Assembly: GCA_937139515.1 (NCBI GenBank)
Contig: CAKZQI010000174.1
Coordinates: 1 to 48,260, forward strand
Length of the DNA: 48,260 nt
Source of the DNA: an uncultured Armatimonadetes bacterium
Lineage (GTDB): Bacteria > Armatimonadota > Fimbriimonadia > Fimbriimonadales > GBS-DC
Direction: 5' to 3'
Part shown: positions 25,674 to 34,084 of the stretch, piece after piece
Layout of the letters: the number at the start of each line of letters is the position of its first letter
Numbering within the stretch: the stretch's first letter is position 1
The notes under the pieces: model-generated
Told to the model about the DNA's origin: nothing
The model's input: only the letters and a program-made list of their open reading frames with translations
Databases searched by the model: none
Made by a program: the position numbers and the translations under genes

Positions 25674-27115
25674 AGCGTGCGATTGTAGTGGGGGCTGGAG
25701 TGGGGGGCTTGGCGACCGCCTGCCGACTCGCTCATCAGGGCTATGAAGTGGTGGTCTTTGAGGCACGCCACCAAGTCGGAGGGCGCTTGGGCGAACTGCG
25801 GCTCAACGGCTATCGCTTTGATATGGGACCTACCCTGCTGATGATGCTGGAACCGCTGGAGCGCCTCTTCCGCGACCTCAACCGACGAATAGAGGACTAC
25901 TTGGAGATTGTGCTGATTGACCCCTCGTACCGTGTCTACTTCGGGGATGGCACGGTGTTTGATTCTACGCCCTGTGTGGCGCGGATGGTGCGTGAAATCA
26001 GCCAGAAGATAGACCCCAGTGAGGTGCCCGGCTACCTGAGCCTGATGGCAGACCTGAGCGCGATGTACCACACGGTGGTGCCCGCATTCGTGCGCAAGCA
26101 GTATTACAGCCTCGCCGACCTGTTTAGCCCCTATCAGGTCAGTCTGCTCGTGCGTCATCGGCTCTTGTCCAATTTGTGGCGTGGCGTGAAGCGGTATGTG
26201 CGCGACCCGCGCCTGCAGATGCTGTTCTCGTTCCAGACGATGTATCTGGGCTTGTCGCCCCAGGATGCGCTCTGGGTGTATGGTGTGTTGACCTATATGG
26301 AGTCCGGTGAGGGTGTGTGGTATCCGCGTGGGGGAATGCATCGCCTGCCGACGGCGCTGGCACAGATTGCCCAAGAGGAGGGTGCCCAAATCCACCTGAA
26401 CACGCCTGTGCGCCAAGTGGTGGTGGAGCAGGGTCGCGCCGTTGGTGTGCAGTTAGCAAGTGGCGAGGTGGTGCGGGCGGATGTGGTGGTGCTGAACACC
26501 GATGCGCCCACCGCCTATCAGCAACTGCTCCCGCCGACTCCGCTGGCGAAGCGTTCGTGGCGCAACTCGTGTAGTGCGCTGATGTTCTACATCGGCTATC
26601 GGGGCACGCTCCCGCACCAACTGCACCACAATGTCTACTTTAGTCAAGATTTTGACCAAAACTTGCGAGAGCTGTTCCGTGAAGGGCGCGTGCCGACCGA
26701 CCCGTCCTTCTACACCTGCCTCTCCAACCGCACTGACCCCGATGACGCGCCTGAGGGCTGTGAGAACCTGTATGTGTTGGTGCCTGTGCCGAACCTAACA
26801 GGCGAAGATGCCCGTGCCAACGTCGAGCGCGTGCTGAACCGAGTGGTTGAGCGCGTCGGGCTGGAGCGCAAGCGGATGGAGTTTGTCCAGACCTACACGC
26901 CCCACGATTGGGGTGCGATGGGCTTGTGGCAAGGCGCCGCGTTCGGAATAGCGCACAACTTCTTCCAGTCCACGGCTTTCCGACCCTCTCCCAAAACCCC
27001 GTTTGAAGGATGCTACTTGGTGGGTGCGAGTACCCAGCCTGGCAACGGCATCCCGATGGTGCTGATTTCTGCCGAACTGGTCGCCGAGCGCGTCGGTGCG
27101 CTGGGACGGAAGTAG
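25670..27115 (+). CDS. Phytoene desaturase family FAD oxidoreductase (CrtI/CrtD)
   Basis: N-terminal beta-alpha-beta fold KRAIVVGAGVGGLATACRLAHQGYEVVVFEARHQVGGR and C-terminal GASTQPGNGIPMV. The ATG overlaps the cruF stop codon. The ORF-track start at 24974 is a frame artefact. Confidence 0.9.
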   Translation: MKRAIVVGAGVGGLATACRLAHQGYEVVVFEARHQVGGRLGELRLNGYRFDMGPTLLMMLEPLERLFRDLNRRIEDYLEIVLIDPSYRVYFGDGTVFDSTPCVARMVREISQKIDPSEVPGYLSLMADLSAMYHTVVPAFVRKQYYSLADLFSPYQVSLLVRHRLLSNLWRGVKRYVRDPRLQMLFSFQTMYLGLSPQDALWVYGVLTYMESGEGVWYPRGGMHRLPTALAQIAQEEGAQIHLNTPVRQVVVEQGRAVGVQLASGEVVRADVVVLNTDAPTAYQQLLPPTPLAKRSWRNSCSALMFYIGYRGTLPHQLHHNVYFSQDFDQNLRELFREGRVPTDPSFYTCLSNRTDPDDAPEGCENLYVLVPVPNLTGEDARANVERVLNRVVERVGLERKRMEFVQTYTPHDWGAMGLWQGAAFGIAHNFFQSTAFRPSPKTPFEGCYLVGASTQPGNGIPMVLISAELVAERVGALGRK

Positions 27116-27134
27116 GGACAGGCAAAGGTGCTAA

Positions 27135-27170
27135 CTGGGAGCGCAGGCGTCCCGCCTGCATCCCCACTAC
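27135..27170. repeat. Short GC hairpin element (family 3)
   Basis: ctgggagcgcaggcg-tcc-cgcctgcatcc parallels ccgggagcgcgggcg-gga-cgcccgcatcc at 48176 and gcaggcg-aga-cgcctgc at 48244. Confidence 0.6.
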
Positions 27171-27206
27171 ATCAGAACGCCCCTTGCTTGTCATCTCGCT
27201 CCCCGC

Positions 27207-27276
27207 TGTATTCTGAGCGTAGCGAAGAATCTCAACGAACACTCAGCACAGCCCCTTCGCTTCGCTCAGCGCGACA
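27207..27276. repeat. Family 1 palindromic element (inverted orientation)
   Basis: tgtattctgagcgtagcgaagaatctc...ccccttcgcttcgctcagcgcgaca. Confidence 0.8.
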
Positions 27277-27357
27277 GGAGCAGAGAATCTGAAAAATTTC
27301 ACGCACCGTTAACCACTGGTATCAACGGAGCGTTGTATAATACCGAAGGAGAACACC

Positions 27358-28887
27358 ATGAGAAAAATCTTCGCATGGAGTGCGGTGTGGTTGCTGATTG
27401 TTGCAGGCTCGGCACAGATAGGGAGCGGCTTGTGGCCCGACGCCTCCGCCCTGCGGAACGCAAGCACGCTAAATGTGCAAATTGTGCGACAGTGGTCGAC
27501 CACCCTCAACTTCCAGACCATCAACATGACCGAGCTGTTCTACAACTCGTGGGAGGTGCGCAACGGCGTGGTGCAGACCGTGCCTGTTCACGCTTTCTTA
27601 GCCGTGCCCTCAGGGAGTGGCACCTTTCCTGCGGTGATTTTGGCGCACGGACTGGGGGGTACAGCCGATGCGAATGTGACGGCACGCTTCGCCGCTACCC
27701 ACGGAGTGATTGCCTTGAGCTACACTGCACCCGGCAATGGCTTATCGGGTGGAGCGCGCTACACGCTGGAACTGCTATTTGACACCTACCCCAACGCTCG
27801 TGGCTCTTGGTTCTGGGCGCACGCGGTGGCAGGGAGCCGAGCGATTACACTCCTGAGCCAACTGCCGAATGTGAACACCACGCGGATTGGGATGGTCGGC
27901 TACAGTGCGGGGGCGATGGCGACGCTGAATGTCAACGGCTTTGACAACCGCCTGCGTGCGGTGGTGGCAATCAGTGGCACGGGCGGGCTACGACGCTCCG
28001 CACAGGATGGCTCGTGGGTCGTCCACCTTCTGGCAGGTGCGGGGCTGACACCGAACGCTCCCCAGTTCCAACGGCTCTGCGACACTGTAGACCCGCTCAA
28101 TCAGGCAGGAAGCCAGCACGCGCCCGTGATGCTGGTCAACGGCGCGCAGGACGAGTTCTTCCCGCTCCCCAGCACGCTTCAGACCTTCAACGCCTTCCCC
28201 GGCACTGCCCATCGCATCGTGATTATCCCGAACTGGGACCATGGGCTGTTCACTCTCAACCTGCCTGCCCCTTACGAGACCTTCAACAACAGCGACTTCG
28301 CTAATCGGCGGGTGGATGCGGCGGTCGCTTTCTGGATTGGGCACCATCTGCGGGGCAGTAGCAACTACCCGAATGTGCCACCGATGCCCACCGCAAGCAT
28401 CTACGATGTGCTCGGCATCACTGCGCTCTCGGGCACGCTCAGCACTTCCTATCAAGTGGTGGAGGTTCACGCTTACTACTCCAACGACCGCTCATGGCTC
28501 TACGGGGGACAGCGACTGCAAGACCGAAACGGTAGCACTTGGTACAAGCTCGCCACCGGTCTGCCGTGGAGCAACTTCAACCCCAGCAACACCGTCTACT
28601 TTAGCGAGTTCCGATTGCGTAATAACACTCTCGCTCCCGAGTTCTGGCTCACGAGTGTGCCTGCCCTGCCTGCAGGGTTCGTTCCGCGCATTCGTCCGAT
28701 GCCGAACCCGCCCCGCACGCCAGGCGATGTGAACGGGGATGGCTGTGTGAACGATGCTGACCTGCTCGCCGTGCTGTTCGCCTTCGGCAATACGGGCACA
28801 GGTCTGCCTGAAGACGACAACGGCGACGGCGTGGTGAACGACGCCGACCTGTTGCGCGTGCTGTTCAACTTCGGGTTCGGGTGCTGA
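27358..28887 (+). CDS. Secreted alpha/beta hydrolase (dienelactone hydrolase/esterase-like) with C-terminal dockerin-like module
   Basis: Signal peptide. Nucleophile elbow MVGYSAGAM. The C-terminus carries two EF-hand-like dockerin repeats, GDVNGDGCVNDADLLAVL and DDNGDGVVNDADLLRVL. Confidence 0.8.
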   Translation: MRKIFAWSAVWLLIVAGSAQIGSGLWPDASALRNASTLNVQIVRQWSTTLNFQTINMTELFYNSWEVRNGVVQTVPVHAFLAVPSGSGTFPAVILAHGLGGTADANVTARFAATHGVIALSYTAPGNGLSGGARYTLELLFDTYPNARGSWFWAHAVAGSRAITLLSQLPNVNTTRIGMVGYSAGAMATLNVNGFDNRLRAVVAISGTGGLRRSAQDGSWVVHLLAGAGLTPNAPQFQRLCDTVDPLNQAGSQHAPVMLVNGAQDEFFPLPSTLQTFNAFPGTAHRIVIIPNWDHGLFTLNLPAPYETFNNSDFANRRVDAAVAFWIGHHLRGSSNYPNVPPMPTASIYDVLGITALSGTLSTSYQVVEVHAYYSNDRSWLYGGQRLQDRNGSTWYKLATGLPWSNFNPSNTVYFSEFRLRNNTLAPEFWLTSVPALPAGFVPRIRPMPNPPRTPGDVNGDGCVNDADLLAVLFAFGNTGTGLPEDDNGDGVVNDADLLRVLFNFGFGC

Positions 28888-28905
28888 GCGGGTAGAATTC
28901 GCCCG

Positions 28906-29997
28906 ATGGCGAAACTGCTGATTACAGGTGGAGCGGGGTTTCTGGGCTATCACCTCGCCCACCACTTCGCACAATACGGCGTACAGATCGCCCTGCTGGA
29001 TGTAGCGCCTTACGACGAGTCGGAGTACTCCACAGGCACCGAGTTTTACAACGCCGATGTGCGCGACCGTGAGGCGGTACGCCAAGTTTTCCAGAAGGCT
29101 CAGCCTCAGTGGGTCATCCACGGCGCCGCCGCTCTGCCCCTTTGGAAGCGTGAGGACATCTTCAGCACGAATGTGCAGGGCACACGCGTCGTGCTGGAAG
29201 AGGCGTTCCGAGCAGGCGTGGAGCGTGTGGCGCATGTGTCCTCTACCGCTGTGTACGGCGTGCCTATCAAACACCCCATAGAAGAGACCGACCCGATGGT
29301 GGGCGTAGGGCCCTACGGCGAGAGCAAAATCCGAGCCGAACAGGTCTGTGAGGAGTTCCGCCAGCAGGGGCACATCGTGCCGATTATCCGCCCCAAGACC
29401 TTCATCGGGCAGGCGCGGTTGGGCGTGTTCCAAATCCTGTACGACTGGGTGGAGTCGGGCGCGCGTATCCCGATGATAGGAAACGGGCGCAATCGCTATC
29501 AACTGCTGGAGGTCACCGACCTCGCCGAAGCCTACTATCGCGCGCTCACGGTGGAACCCGACAAAGCGAACCACACCTTCAACATCGGTGCGGAACGGTT
29601 CCAGACGGTGCGTGAGGACATTCAAGCGCTGTGCGACTTCGCTGGCTCTGGCGCGCGCCCGATGGGCACACCTGCTTGGCTTGTGAAACCCGTCTTGCGC
29701 CTGCTGGAGATACTCAAACTCTCACCGCTTTACAAGTGGGTCTATGCCACTGCCGACAAAGATTCGTTCGTCTCGGTGGAGAAGGCGAAGACGCTGTTGG
29801 GCTGGAGTGCGCGCTACAGCAACGCCGACGCGCTCATTCGTTCCTACGAATGGTACTTAGAGCATGCTTCGGGGCTGGAGGTCGGCACGGGAGTGACCCA
29901 CCGCGTGGCGTGGGAGCAGGGCGCGCTTCGGCTGTTCAAGTGGCTCTTAGGCGGGCGCAAGAAGCCTGCACGCTCCCTGAAAGCCTCGGGTAGGTAG
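28906..29997 (+). CDS. NAD-dependent epimerase/dehydratase (extended SDR)
   Basis: Rossmann motif LLITGGAGFLGYHL and catalytic YGESK. Confidence 0.85.
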   Translation: MAKLLITGGAGFLGYHLAHHFAQYGVQIALLDVAPYDESEYSTGTEFYNADVRDREAVRQVFQKAQPQWVIHGAAALPLWKREDIFSTNVQGTRVVLEEAFRAGVERVAHVSSTAVYGVPIKHPIEETDPMVGVGPYGESKIRAEQVCEEFRQQGHIVPIIRPKTFIGQARLGVFQILYDWVESGARIPMIGNGRNRYQLLEVTDLAEAYYRALTVEPDKANHTFNIGAERFQTVREDIQALCDFAGSGARPMGTPAWLVKPVLRLLEILKLSPLYKWVYATADKDSFVSVEKAKTLLGWSARYSNADALIRSYEWYLEHASGLEVGTGVTHRVAWEQGALRLFKWLLGGRKKPARSLKASGR

Positions 29998-30027
29998 CCC
30001 TTCGGGAGTGTGTCTGCGCTCTGAGTG

Positions 30028-30092
30028 CGTCCTGGCTCTCCGTCTTCTATGCACCTCCAGATTTCGTGGGTGAAGGCAGGAGAGCCAGGACG
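30028..30092. terminator. Long-loop inverted repeat between convergent genes (possible terminator)
   Basis: cgtcctggctctcc (30028-30041) pairs perfectly with ggagagccaggacg (30079-30092), with a 37-nt loop. No U-tract. Confidence 0.3.
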
Positions 30093-30106
30093 GGAGTTAG
30101 CTTCCC

Positions 30107-31126
30107 TTATCTGCGTCTGCGTTGACGAGCGCAGAGGATGCCCACTCCCGATGCCAACAGAAGCAGACTGCTTGGCTCAGGCACAGGCGTAATGGCGAAC
30201 AGCCCGCCGACATCGGTGAAACTGCCGTTCACCACCAGTACGCCGTTGCCCGAGAACGGCTCAAAACCGTTCCCATAGAAAGCGAGGCTCGTGGGGAAGG
30301 GGAACGCACCAGAGAACTGACCAAACGGCTGTGCGGAGGTTCCTCGCAGGAGCGTGAGCGTGCGCTGGGTGGTGGCAATCAGGTCGCCTTCGGTGTCAAA
30401 CACGAAACTCGCCAACCCAGAGCCGTTGCCCCCTGCTAAAGAGAGCGTGTCAATCAGGTTGGCTCCCACGATTGCGCCCGAGCCGTCGTACACAGGCTGG
30501 AAGCGGAACACCTGACCGGGGTTGCCTGCGAAGTTGGGGTCGTTCGTGTCGCCTGCGTAGATGGTTCCATTGCGGAAGGCTAAACCGCCCGCATAGCCGT
30601 TCCCGTAGGCACTAACCAGCTGGTTCACGGCGCCGTTCTGCACGGCGTAGAGGCGGTTGCTGTTCGGTCCATCTGCCCCAATCGCCAGCACTTGGCTTCC
30701 AGCAAGCGCAATCTCGGCTACATTCGGCAGACTACCGACGGGGGCGAGCAGGTTGGCCTGATTGGTGGTAAGGTTCCAGCGAAGCACGGTGTCCAAGTCG
30801 CCGTTTTCTGAGAAGAGCAGGGTGTCGTCATCTTGCCAGACCATTCCCCCGAAGAACTGCCAACTGCTTTGGGAGATTTGGGCGACCACTTGGCGGTTTT
30901 CAACGGCGATGCGGTTGTACACGGTGATACTCCCGCCACCACCAAACTGGTTCGTGGCAACGGCGAGCTTGCCTGAGGGGCTGATGGCGACCACACTGCC
31001 AGACAAGCCGAGCGAGAAGGTTCTGTAGCCGGTTGGGGGCGTGTAGCCCGACACTTGAGCGAGGGCGACCGTGAGGGTCGCAGTATAGAGCGCACCTAAG
31101 CCTAACAAAGTTTGTGTTGTTCGCAT
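30107..31126 (-). CDS. PEP-CTERM-anchored secreted protein, Gly-rich beta-repeat (propeller-like)
   Basis: ATG at 31126 lies 7 nt after AAAGGAGG. Signal peptide LLGLGALYTATLTVALAQ. C-terminal VPEPSSLLLLASGVGILCARQRRRR is the PEP-CTERM sorting signal. The body has repeated beta-strand/Gly-turn units. Confidence 0.85.
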   Translation of the reverse strand: MRTTQTLLGLGALYTATLTVALAQVSGYTPPTGYRTFSLGLSGSVVAISPSGKLAVATNQFGGGGSITVYNRIAVENRQVVAQISQSSWQFFGGMVWQDDDTLLFSENGDLDTVLRWNLTTNQANLLAPVGSLPNVAEIALAGSQVLAIGADGPNSNRLYAVQNGAVNQLVSAYGNGYAGGLAFRNGTIYAGDTNDPNFAGNPGQVFRFQPVYDGSGAIVGANLIDTLSLAGGNGSGLASFVFDTEGDLIATTQRTLTLLRGTSAQPFGQFSGAFPFPTSLAFYGNGFEPFSGNGVLVVNGSFTDVGGLFAITPVPEPSSLLLLASGVGILCARQRRRR

Positions 31127-31150
31127 ACCTGACCTCCTTTCGCGAGCGCG

Positions 31151-31182
31151 AAACAAAATCGCGCCCGACGCTTGTCAGGCGC
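31151..31182 (-). terminator. Intrinsic terminator (expression platform of the riboswitch)
   Basis: On the minus strand: GCGCCUGAC-AAGC-GUCGGGCGC (9 bp including one G-U pair), followed by GAUUUUGUUU, about 25 nt upstream of the ATG. Confidence 0.75.
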
Positions 31183-31372
31183 GTTCAGAGACGAGCGAAC
31201 CTTATGCTCACTCCGACCGCACCCTGTGCTCGCAGGGCGTCCCAATCGGGGACGCGGTCTCGCCGTGGCTGGGCATTCGGGCTTGTCCCCTCTAAGGAGG
31301 CTTACCGTTGCGGCACAGCGCCGGACTTGCACCGGACTTTCCCCACTCTTTCAGCCCCAGCACGACCTGGGG
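31183..31372 (-). promoter_or_regulatory. Cobalamin (B12) riboswitch-like aptamer
   Basis: On the minus strand: CCCCAG-GUCGUG-CUGGGG hairpin, then GGGGAAAGUCCGGUGCAAGUCCGGCGCUGUGCCGCAACGGUAAGCC, then ACAAGCCCGAAUGCCCAGCC. This matches the conserved GGGAA..GGUG..AA.UCC..GC.G..CGCAACGGUAA core and is close to the B12 box (AAGCCCGAAGACCUGCC in the E. coli btuB leader as I recall it). Confidence 0.7.
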
Positions 31373-31409
31373 CGCACACGGCGTGCGTGCTTTCTAAATG
31401 TACCCGATC

Positions 31410-32168
31410 TTACACCTTCCCAAACCGCTTCATCGCCTCAAAGCAGAGGCGGATGGTCTCCAGCGGGGTATGGGCGTAGGTCTCCTGCTCCACGATGTAC
31501 CATTCGGTCCCTCCGACCGTTTCGCAGGCGGTGAAGAACTCGTGCCAGTGGACTTCGCCTTCGCCAATCACGGCGCTATTGTTGGTGCTGGAGAACTCTT
31601 TGCAGTGGACGGTGAAGGCGCGCCCTGGATACTTGTGAACGAACGGCTCGGCGTGCGCTCCGCCATGCAGGGCGTTGCCCGTGTCGATCTGCATCACTAC
31701 CTCAGGCAGAGTGCTGCTGAAAAACACATCCCACGGCAGCTCGCCCGTAGCGGGGTCAGGTTGGAACTCCACCCAGTGGTTGTGATAGCCCGTGCGGAAG
31801 CCGTGAGGGGCTATCTTCTCTGCAATCTCGTTGAACAGCTCCGCAGTACGGCGCCAGTGGTCTAACGAGGCAGTGTACTCAGTGGGAAGCCCCGGCACAA
31901 TCAGGTACCGACATCCCAGCGTGCGGTGGAACTCAAGGGTCGGCTCTAACTGGTCTCCTAATAACTTATCTATCCCGATATGGGTTCCACAACATTCCAA
32001 GCCGTTGTCATCCAACATTTTGCGGAGCTCGCTGGCTTGGAAATCGTAGTAGCCTGCGAACTCCACGCCTGCATAGCCGATTTTGGCGACTTCAGCAAGC
32101 GTCGCAGGCAAATCACGCTTGCAATCGTCGCGCACCGAATAAAGTTGAACGCCTACTTTGACAGCCAT
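31410..32168 (-). CDS. Sugar phosphate isomerase/epimerase (xylose isomerase-like TIM barrel)
   Basis: MAVKVGVQLYSVRD...IGYAGVEFAGY...LGCRYLIVPG...GYHNH...DTGN...EQE pattern typical of AP_endonuc_2 family proteins. Confidence 0.85.
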   Translation of the reverse strand: MAVKVGVQLYSVRDDCKRDLPATLAEVAKIGYAGVEFAGYYDFQASELRKMLDDNGLECCGTHIGIDKLLGDQLEPTLEFHRTLGCRYLIVPGLPTEYTASLDHWRRTAELFNEIAEKIAPHGFRTGYHNHWVEFQPDPATGELPWDVFFSSTLPEVVMQIDTGNALHGGAHAEPFVHKYPGRAFTVHCKEFSSTNNSAVIGEGEVHWHEFFTACETVGGTEWYIVEQETYAHTPLETIRLCFEAMKRFGKV

Positions 32169-32272
32169 CGTTTAGTATCCTCCAGGTCCTTGTTCGTTCA
32201 GCGCATACCGACTCCTGCACCCCCAAAGCAAAAGGTTAGCCCAATCGTCTATACTTTAGGAGGGAAACGACG

Positions 32273-33526
32273 ATGACCCGATACTTTATCTCGGTCTGCC
32301 TGCTCGGTTGGGCACTGAGCGGATGCGGTACAGGCGGAGTGGGCGCGCCCAGCAGCCAAAATCAGCCCATTCAACAGAGGACACCCGTGAAAGTAGAACC
32401 TCAAATTGTGGATGCGAACCTGCGTTTCGGACTTCGGCTCCTGAACGAGCTGGATGCAAATCGTGAGACGCCGAACCTGTTCTTCTCACCCCTCTCGGCA
32501 GGAATTGCGCTGAGTATGGTGCTGAACGGGGCAGGAGGCGAGACCCACACCGAAATTGCCCGCACACTGGGCTACACCAACCTGAACCAACAAACTCTCA
32601 ACGCCGAGAACGAGGGGCTCATCCAGCTCCTGCGCTCGCCCGACCCCGAAGCGACGGTGGATTTAGCGAACGGGCTGTGGGTGCAAAATGGGTTGAACTT
32701 GCGCCTTGAGTTCGTGCGCACCCTGCAAAGCCATTTCAACGCCGTCGCCCAGACGGTGGAATTTGGGGCTGACCCAGAGGGTTCGGCAACTCAAATCAAC
32801 GGATGGGTGAAAGAGCAGACGCGCGGGATGATTGACCGCCTCTTCCAACCCAACGATTTTGACGAACGAACCCGTGCGGTGCTGGTCAACACACTCTACT
32901 TCAAGGGCAAGTGGCAAAGTCCCTTCAACAAGGAGGCGACCCAAGACGAGGACTTCACCTTAGAGGATGGCGACACCAAGTCGGTGCCGATGATGCGCCA
33001 GTTCGGGAAGTTTCCCTATCTGAAGGGGCAGGGCTTCCAAGCGGTGGGGCTTGCGTATGGCAAGGGTGAGCTGATGTTCTACCTCTTTGTGCCTGACACA
33101 GTTCAGGGGCTGAGCGACCTGCGCCAGCGCCTGACCCACGAAAACTGGAAGCGGTGGATGGAGCGTTTCCGAATGACCGACGGCGATGTGGCGATGCCCC
33201 GCTTCAAAATCGACACGAAGTTCCTGCTGAACGCACCCCTCGCCAAGATGGGCATGCCGAGTGCCTTTGATGAAGGGCGGGCGAACTTTGAACGGATGGC
33301 GCACACACCGGGCAATCGCTTGTTCCTCCAAAAGGTGGTTCAGCGGGCAGTGGTGCAGGTAGACGAGGAGGGCACCGAAGCCGCCGCTGCGACGGGCGTT
33401 CAGGTGGGCATCACTTCGGCACCCGTCAACACCTTCACGGTGCGCGCCGACCGTCCGTTTCTGTTCGCGATTGTCCACCAGCCGACGGGCACGGTGCTGT
33501 TTATGGGGATTGTGCGTGAGCCGTAG
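32273..33526 (+). CDS. Serpin family protease inhibitor, lipoprotein
   Basis: Lipobox LLGWALSGC. Serpin motifs NLFFSPLSAGIALSMV and VLVNTLYFKGKWQSPF. Hinge and reactive-centre loop VDEEGTEAAAATGVQVGITSAP, then FTVRADRPFLFAIV and GTVLFMGIV. Confidence 0.9.
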   Translation: MTRYFISVCLLGWALSGCGTGGVGAPSSQNQPIQQRTPVKVEPQIVDANLRFGLRLLNELDANRETPNLFFSPLSAGIALSMVLNGAGGETHTEIARTLGYTNLNQQTLNAENEGLIQLLRSPDPEATVDLANGLWVQNGLNLRLEFVRTLQSHFNAVAQTVEFGADPEGSATQINGWVKEQTRGMIDRLFQPNDFDERTRAVLVNTLYFKGKWQSPFNKEATQDEDFTLEDGDTKSVPMMRQFGKFPYLKGQGFQAVGLAYGKGELMFYLFVPDTVQGLSDLRQRLTHENWKRWMERFRMTDGDVAMPRFKIDTKFLLNAPLAKMGMPSAFDEGRANFERMAHTPGNRLFLQKVVQRAVVQVDEEGTEAAAATGVQVGITSAPVNTFTVRADRPFLFAIVHQPTGTVLFMGIVREP

Positions 33527-33568
33527 GATACAAGAGCAGTTCGTGACTCTATACTGCCTCTGCCACCC

Positions 33569-33596
33569 TTGACAGGGCACAACGATTGGGTATAAT
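33569..33596 (+). promoter_or_regulatory. Consensus sigma70 promoter of tRNA-Ala
   Basis: TTGACA (33569-33574), 16-nt spacer, TATAAT (33591-33596), 12 nt before the tRNA 5' end. Confidence 0.75.
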
Positions 33597-33607
33597 GGGA
33601 ATTGTAA

Positions 33608-33680
<73 letters not shown>

Positions 33681-33834
33681 CATCTCCCTCCTGTGCTTCT
33701 AACCTAATCCCTGTTGATACCCTTTAGTCACCTGAGACTTGGCATTTGCCCTCGTGGGTGAGTTTGTTAGAGGGGGATGCAAACGAATAAGGTGCATTCT
33801 GATTGGGTTAGGTTGTAGAAAGTCTGGCTCCCGG

Positions 33835-33910
33835 GGCAGGATTCGAACCTGCGACCTGGTGGTTAACAGCCACTCGCTCTGCCGACTGAGCTACCCGGGA
33901 ACCTTGTGCC
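33835..33910 (-). tRNA. tRNA-Asn (anticodon GUU)
   Basis: Minus strand TCCCGGGTAGCTCAGTCGGCAGAGCGAGTGGCTGTTAACCACCAGGTCGCAGGTTCGAATCCTGCCCCGGGAGCCA. The anticodon loop is CTGTTAA and CCA is encoded. Confidence 0.95.
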
Positions 33911-33923
33911 CTAATTATACCAT

Positions 33924-33953
33924 ATCCCGTGTGAATGTGTCAAGAGGTTCCGA
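33924..33953 (-). promoter_or_regulatory. Consensus sigma70 promoter of tRNA-Asn
   Basis: On the minus strand: TTGACA (33953-33948), 18-nt spacer, TATAAT (33929-33924), 13 nt before the tRNA 5' end. Confidence 0.7.
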
Positions 33954-33973
33954 GGGAGGGTGAACAATCGTAG

Positions 33974-34020
33974 CACGGGCATCCTGCCCGTGAAGGGTAT
34001 CTTGGGCAAGGATGCCCAAG
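33974..34020. repeat. Pair of short GC hairpins (family 3-like)
   Basis: cacgggca-tcc-tgcccgtg and cttgggca-agga-tgcccaag. Confidence 0.5.
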
Positions 34021-34050
34021 ACACAATTTCACAAACATCCTCAAAACCCC

Positions 34051-34078
34051 TTGACAATGGGGGAAAATAGGGTATAAT
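34051..34078 (+). promoter_or_regulatory. Consensus sigma70 promoter upstream of the speH-metX leader
   Basis: TTGACA (34051-34056), 16-nt spacer, TATAAT (34073-34078). Confidence 0.7.
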
Positions 34079-34084
34079 CCACTT

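Noticed and set aside
31325-31345. GGGGAAAGUCCGG on the minus strand first suggested the RNase P RNA P4 region.
   Set aside because: No other RNase P conserved blocks are present, and the region is far too short. The flanking GGUGCAAGUCCGG...CCGCAACGGUAA and the B12-box-like sequence fit a cobalamin riboswitch instead.
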